A DNA stretch of 64,000 nt. It comes from Amphiscolops sp. MND2022. Lineage: Eukaryota. The first letter of the stretch is position 1. Each line of letters starts with the position of its first letter. The notes beneath the pieces were generated by a model that searched no databases, had not been told where the DNA came from, and saw nothing but the letters and a program-made list of their open reading frames with translations. The translations under genes were made by a program, and so were the position numbers. The DNA is taken from positions 51,026,001 through 51,090,000 of the forward strand of contig OZ076415.1 of NCBI GenBank assembly GCA_964187785.1, given 5' to 3'. Positions 60,720-64,000 of the stretch are shown in pieces.

Positions 60720-62589
60720 TTCAAAAGGTTGCGCAATACGGCAGTTGCATTGAAAGCTCTTTTTCTTCTCTCGTCTTCGTACACAACCCTGAAAATTATC
60801 TCCGGTTTTTGCATAGATTGGAATATTTTATCGATACATTATTCTCAATGTGAGTCAATCGATCAACGTACCAGCAATACAATCAAGGTGCTTGGAAATG
60901 TATAAACAATGGAAAGAAAGGACTTAATGCAAGCAAACTCCATACATTAGCAACTGTGTGAAGTAATAGAAAAATAAATAATCAGACCTTTGATTTTCCT
61001 GGTTTTCATTATTGAAATTGTTAAATTTTTAATGAGTTGTTTACAGCTCTTTAAAATGCCGACAATCGATACATCTGCAGTGTGAGTTGTAGATGTGGTC
61101 GGGCCTTGGGGCTTATGCGGAACCATTTCTTTTACTTTTCTCTTAATGAATTGTTCATGTTTTTTTGGCATTTTTATAGTTTTATAAATCGGTGTCGATT
61201 GATGTTTATGTAGTTTCAGTGATGAAAGAGATCGGGCCTTCAGGCTATCGTGATTACATTTTTTTGTGTGTTTTTATCAGTATTTTTGTATACTATTTGC
61301 ACGCGGAGAGTGTAAAAACTGCTTTCCTTTTTCAGTTGTTGCAGAAAAACTTTGTAAGAAAGAACTTGGCATCTGTAGCGATGTCTGTAGCTGAATATTG
61401 TGTTTCTGACCAGGTTCAACGGCAACTAAATGTCTCTAAGAAATTGCCCATGAGCTGTGTTCAAGCGTGCGTGCATTTACAATACTACGTATTGTAACAA
61501 TCAAAAACTTTGAGGTTGCTACGCCGAAAAGGCGATTTTTTAAAAGGAAAAACCCTTAATTCAAAAGTTATAAGTTTTTGATAAGTTATTAGTTGCTTCA
61601 TCGTCACTGAATACTTATGCTTCTTTCTTTCGAAAGTAAGAAATCAACCGGGCCCATGCTACCGCAAACAATCGAAACACGACAATAGTTATTTATTCTT
61701 TCGTAACTGTTTTCTTTGAGAAAAATCCAATCATTGCCACGCAGTTTAGACTTGAAATCCAAGAAGACTTGTACACAAAGGCCCCATATTGACTCTAATA
61801 TATTCACACAATCCAAATACGCCCATTGTTTGACCATTACTCTGCAATTTTGTATTTTCATTACGATACAAAGATCTTGCTAGCTCGAGAAACAGCCAAA
61901 AAAAAACGTTTTTGTTTCAAATACGCATAACGTGTTTTGCTCGTTACACTGTGTGATAAGGTCAAAATACAGTAAATGGCTACTATACACTCTCTACAAC
62001 TAGGTACATTGACTGGTTTCCACTTCACGCACGTAGACGAAAATTGATTGTTTCACACTTTAACCTGGTACACACTTTGACTGGAAGTCACTTTCAAAGT
62101 GAAAAACAAGGAAGGTGTGTCAGTTAGTGATAACTGTGACTGGATTCCACTTTGCTCGAATCAATTATTACAAAGTGTGAAGAAGTCAAGTGTAATTATG
62201 AAAACCAGTTGAATAAGTGTAAAGCAGTCAAATCAAATTGTGTAAAAACAGTCAAATTAATTAACTTCTGCAATTACGATGTGAAGCTTTTTTATGAAAA
62301 AAACTAAAGCAATGGGATGTATTGTTTATTTGGTGTAAGGCGGTCAAACTTTGGCTACTTTCCTCGGTTTTAGCCAACAAATTTTCTCAAAAAACAAAAA
62401 CTCAAAAACTGAATTGTACTCAAAAGTGACTATTGTACACTTTATTCACGTTACAGATTTCAGTCTGAAAATTCTTGACTGCTTTCCCCTTCTCTCTAAT
62501 TACGCTCAATGATCACAATCCACACTCTCTGATCACACTGTGCATCACAATCTTTGATGAACACGATGCACTGTTTGACTAGAATACAG

Positions 62590-64000
62590 TTCGCTCTCGT
62601 TTTACGAAAATAGAACTTCACACTGGATGATAGAATCCACTTTTGCGGCATATGTATCGTGAAGGAGAATAATGACTAGTATGATTTGAAGCAGGATTTG
62701 CTTGATGAGTTGTTATTATCTGTTTAAAAGACGACTTGTCATTTGAGGAAGAGTCAGAAGGATGGTAATTTGATGGACTAGAAAGAATTAGAGGTTTTGA
62801 TGAATGAGTTAATGAAAGATGTTCTCGGAAAGATGGGTCATCAGATAAAGTGTCATAAGGACCAATGGGAGAAAAATCACTATTTTCATATTTGATGGGT
62901 TCAGTAGAGTCAATGTTGAATGAATCAGAGAGACACATGAAATTTCGTAAATGAGGACATAGAAGTGGTTCTTTTGGATAAAATCATAATCAAATTTTCC
63001 TACGCGTATGAAATGTGGAACCAATTTGCGAAAAAAAAATCGTATTTGGAATCAGAGAGTTTATTTGCGACATTGTTTGGACTAACGCAAAACGGTTTGA
63101 GTTACGTTTTTGGAAAACGTTCTCAGAGGAAGGTTTTCCTTCATTGTAAGTTTTGGTTATATGGGCTTGAGAGTTAATTTTGCGAATAGTTTTTTCATAG
63201 AAAAGGGTTGCAAATTTAACTGTTTTTCAAACGAGAGACCATTGTGGAAGAAATTTTGACAGGGTGTGACTTAAAAATGTATTGAGGTCAATTTTATTAG
63301 AAAGTGGATGTTCTGGAAGTTGGGAACTATATATTAAATAACAGGTACTATCGTTGCAACGATTTAAATTGGGATCAAATGAAGGTTGAATAAAAGGACG
63401 GGTGTGGAAAACAATTTCGCAAGGAGAAACATCAAGTGCAGAAAGATGTTGTGGCTTATGTGCATAAGCGTACAATTGAACTTGGTTTGCCCTGTTTTTG
63501 GGAGTGTTTTGTAAGAATATACCAAGATGCGTACGAAGATTTTTGTTTTGAACTTCAACGAGTCCATTTGTTGATGGAGATTAAGGGTCCGAGGAAAATG
63601 TCGGGAGGCCATAAGAGCACAATGTTGTGCCATACCAACATTACCAACTTCGGTGATGTAAAAGTTGTTTGACAGCAGATTTTGCAGTGTTTGACTTGAT
63701 GGGGACAGCGACAACAAAGTGGTTAAAAGCATCAACATTGACATCAATGTATGACTTGTTTTGTGAAGGTGGGGCCTTCGGTGTCCATTGAAATTCTATA
63801 ACTAAAGTGCATTTCTTGGAAAAGATCGCGTATGAGCAGGTAGGACTCCCGTATTGAAGTGTTTATTGCTTTGACATTCGTGGTAATCGTGTTTTAAAAT
63901 GGATAAACATTATTCAAGGAAACAAATGTATTAATTGTGTGAAAAACGTTTTTTCACAAAAGTGAAGTTTTTTTGATACCTGTGTGACAATGGTTGTGTA
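62590..64000 (-). mobile_element. pol: Third copy of the large Gypsy family: integrase region (continues past the window)
   Basis: RISMDTEGP (63790), VNVDAFNHFVVAVP (63750) and YAYAHKPQHLSALDVSPCEIVFHTRP (63475), paralleling 17040-17510. Confidence 0.78.

Overview
AT-rich, repeat-dense eukaryotic (animal-like) DNA with one 200-N scaffold gap (35568-35767). I found no rRNA, tRNA or CRISPR array. The receptor and LTR families remind me of acoel (Symsagittifera-like) sequence, but that is unverified recollection. Three layers are visible. (1) Host layer, minus strand: a tandem birth-and-death array of orphan class-A-like GPCR genes/pseudogenes (about 1, 10-11, 27-28, 30 and 41 kb) and a two-exon C-type-lectin-like domain (CTLD; 3164-2713 + 2047-1915) whose last exon is duplicated at 43-1. 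An extra hydrophobic helix after TM7 of the 10 kb copy, plus compatible splice phase and spacing, suggests a 7TM+TM8+C-terminal lectin receptor. This is the most novel candidate. (2) A large, decayed Ty3/Gypsy family (11.6-27.0 kb +, 41.9-50.4 kb -, 62.6-64 kb -) with a chuvirus/gB-like envelope ORF and several accessory ORFs. (3) A younger family with about 2-kb LTRs (34.5-40.3 and 51.5-58.8 kb, all minus) in which the Gag reading frame starts inside the LTR and runs through the PBS. The TSD-flanked copy at 51530-58822 lacks pol and carries a spliced antisense zinc-finger gene. Also present: a hAT element with TIRs and an 8-bp TSD, two LINE RT remnants, Helitron-like ends, a MITE and long palindromes. 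Family assignments come from motifs read by eye, not from database searches.
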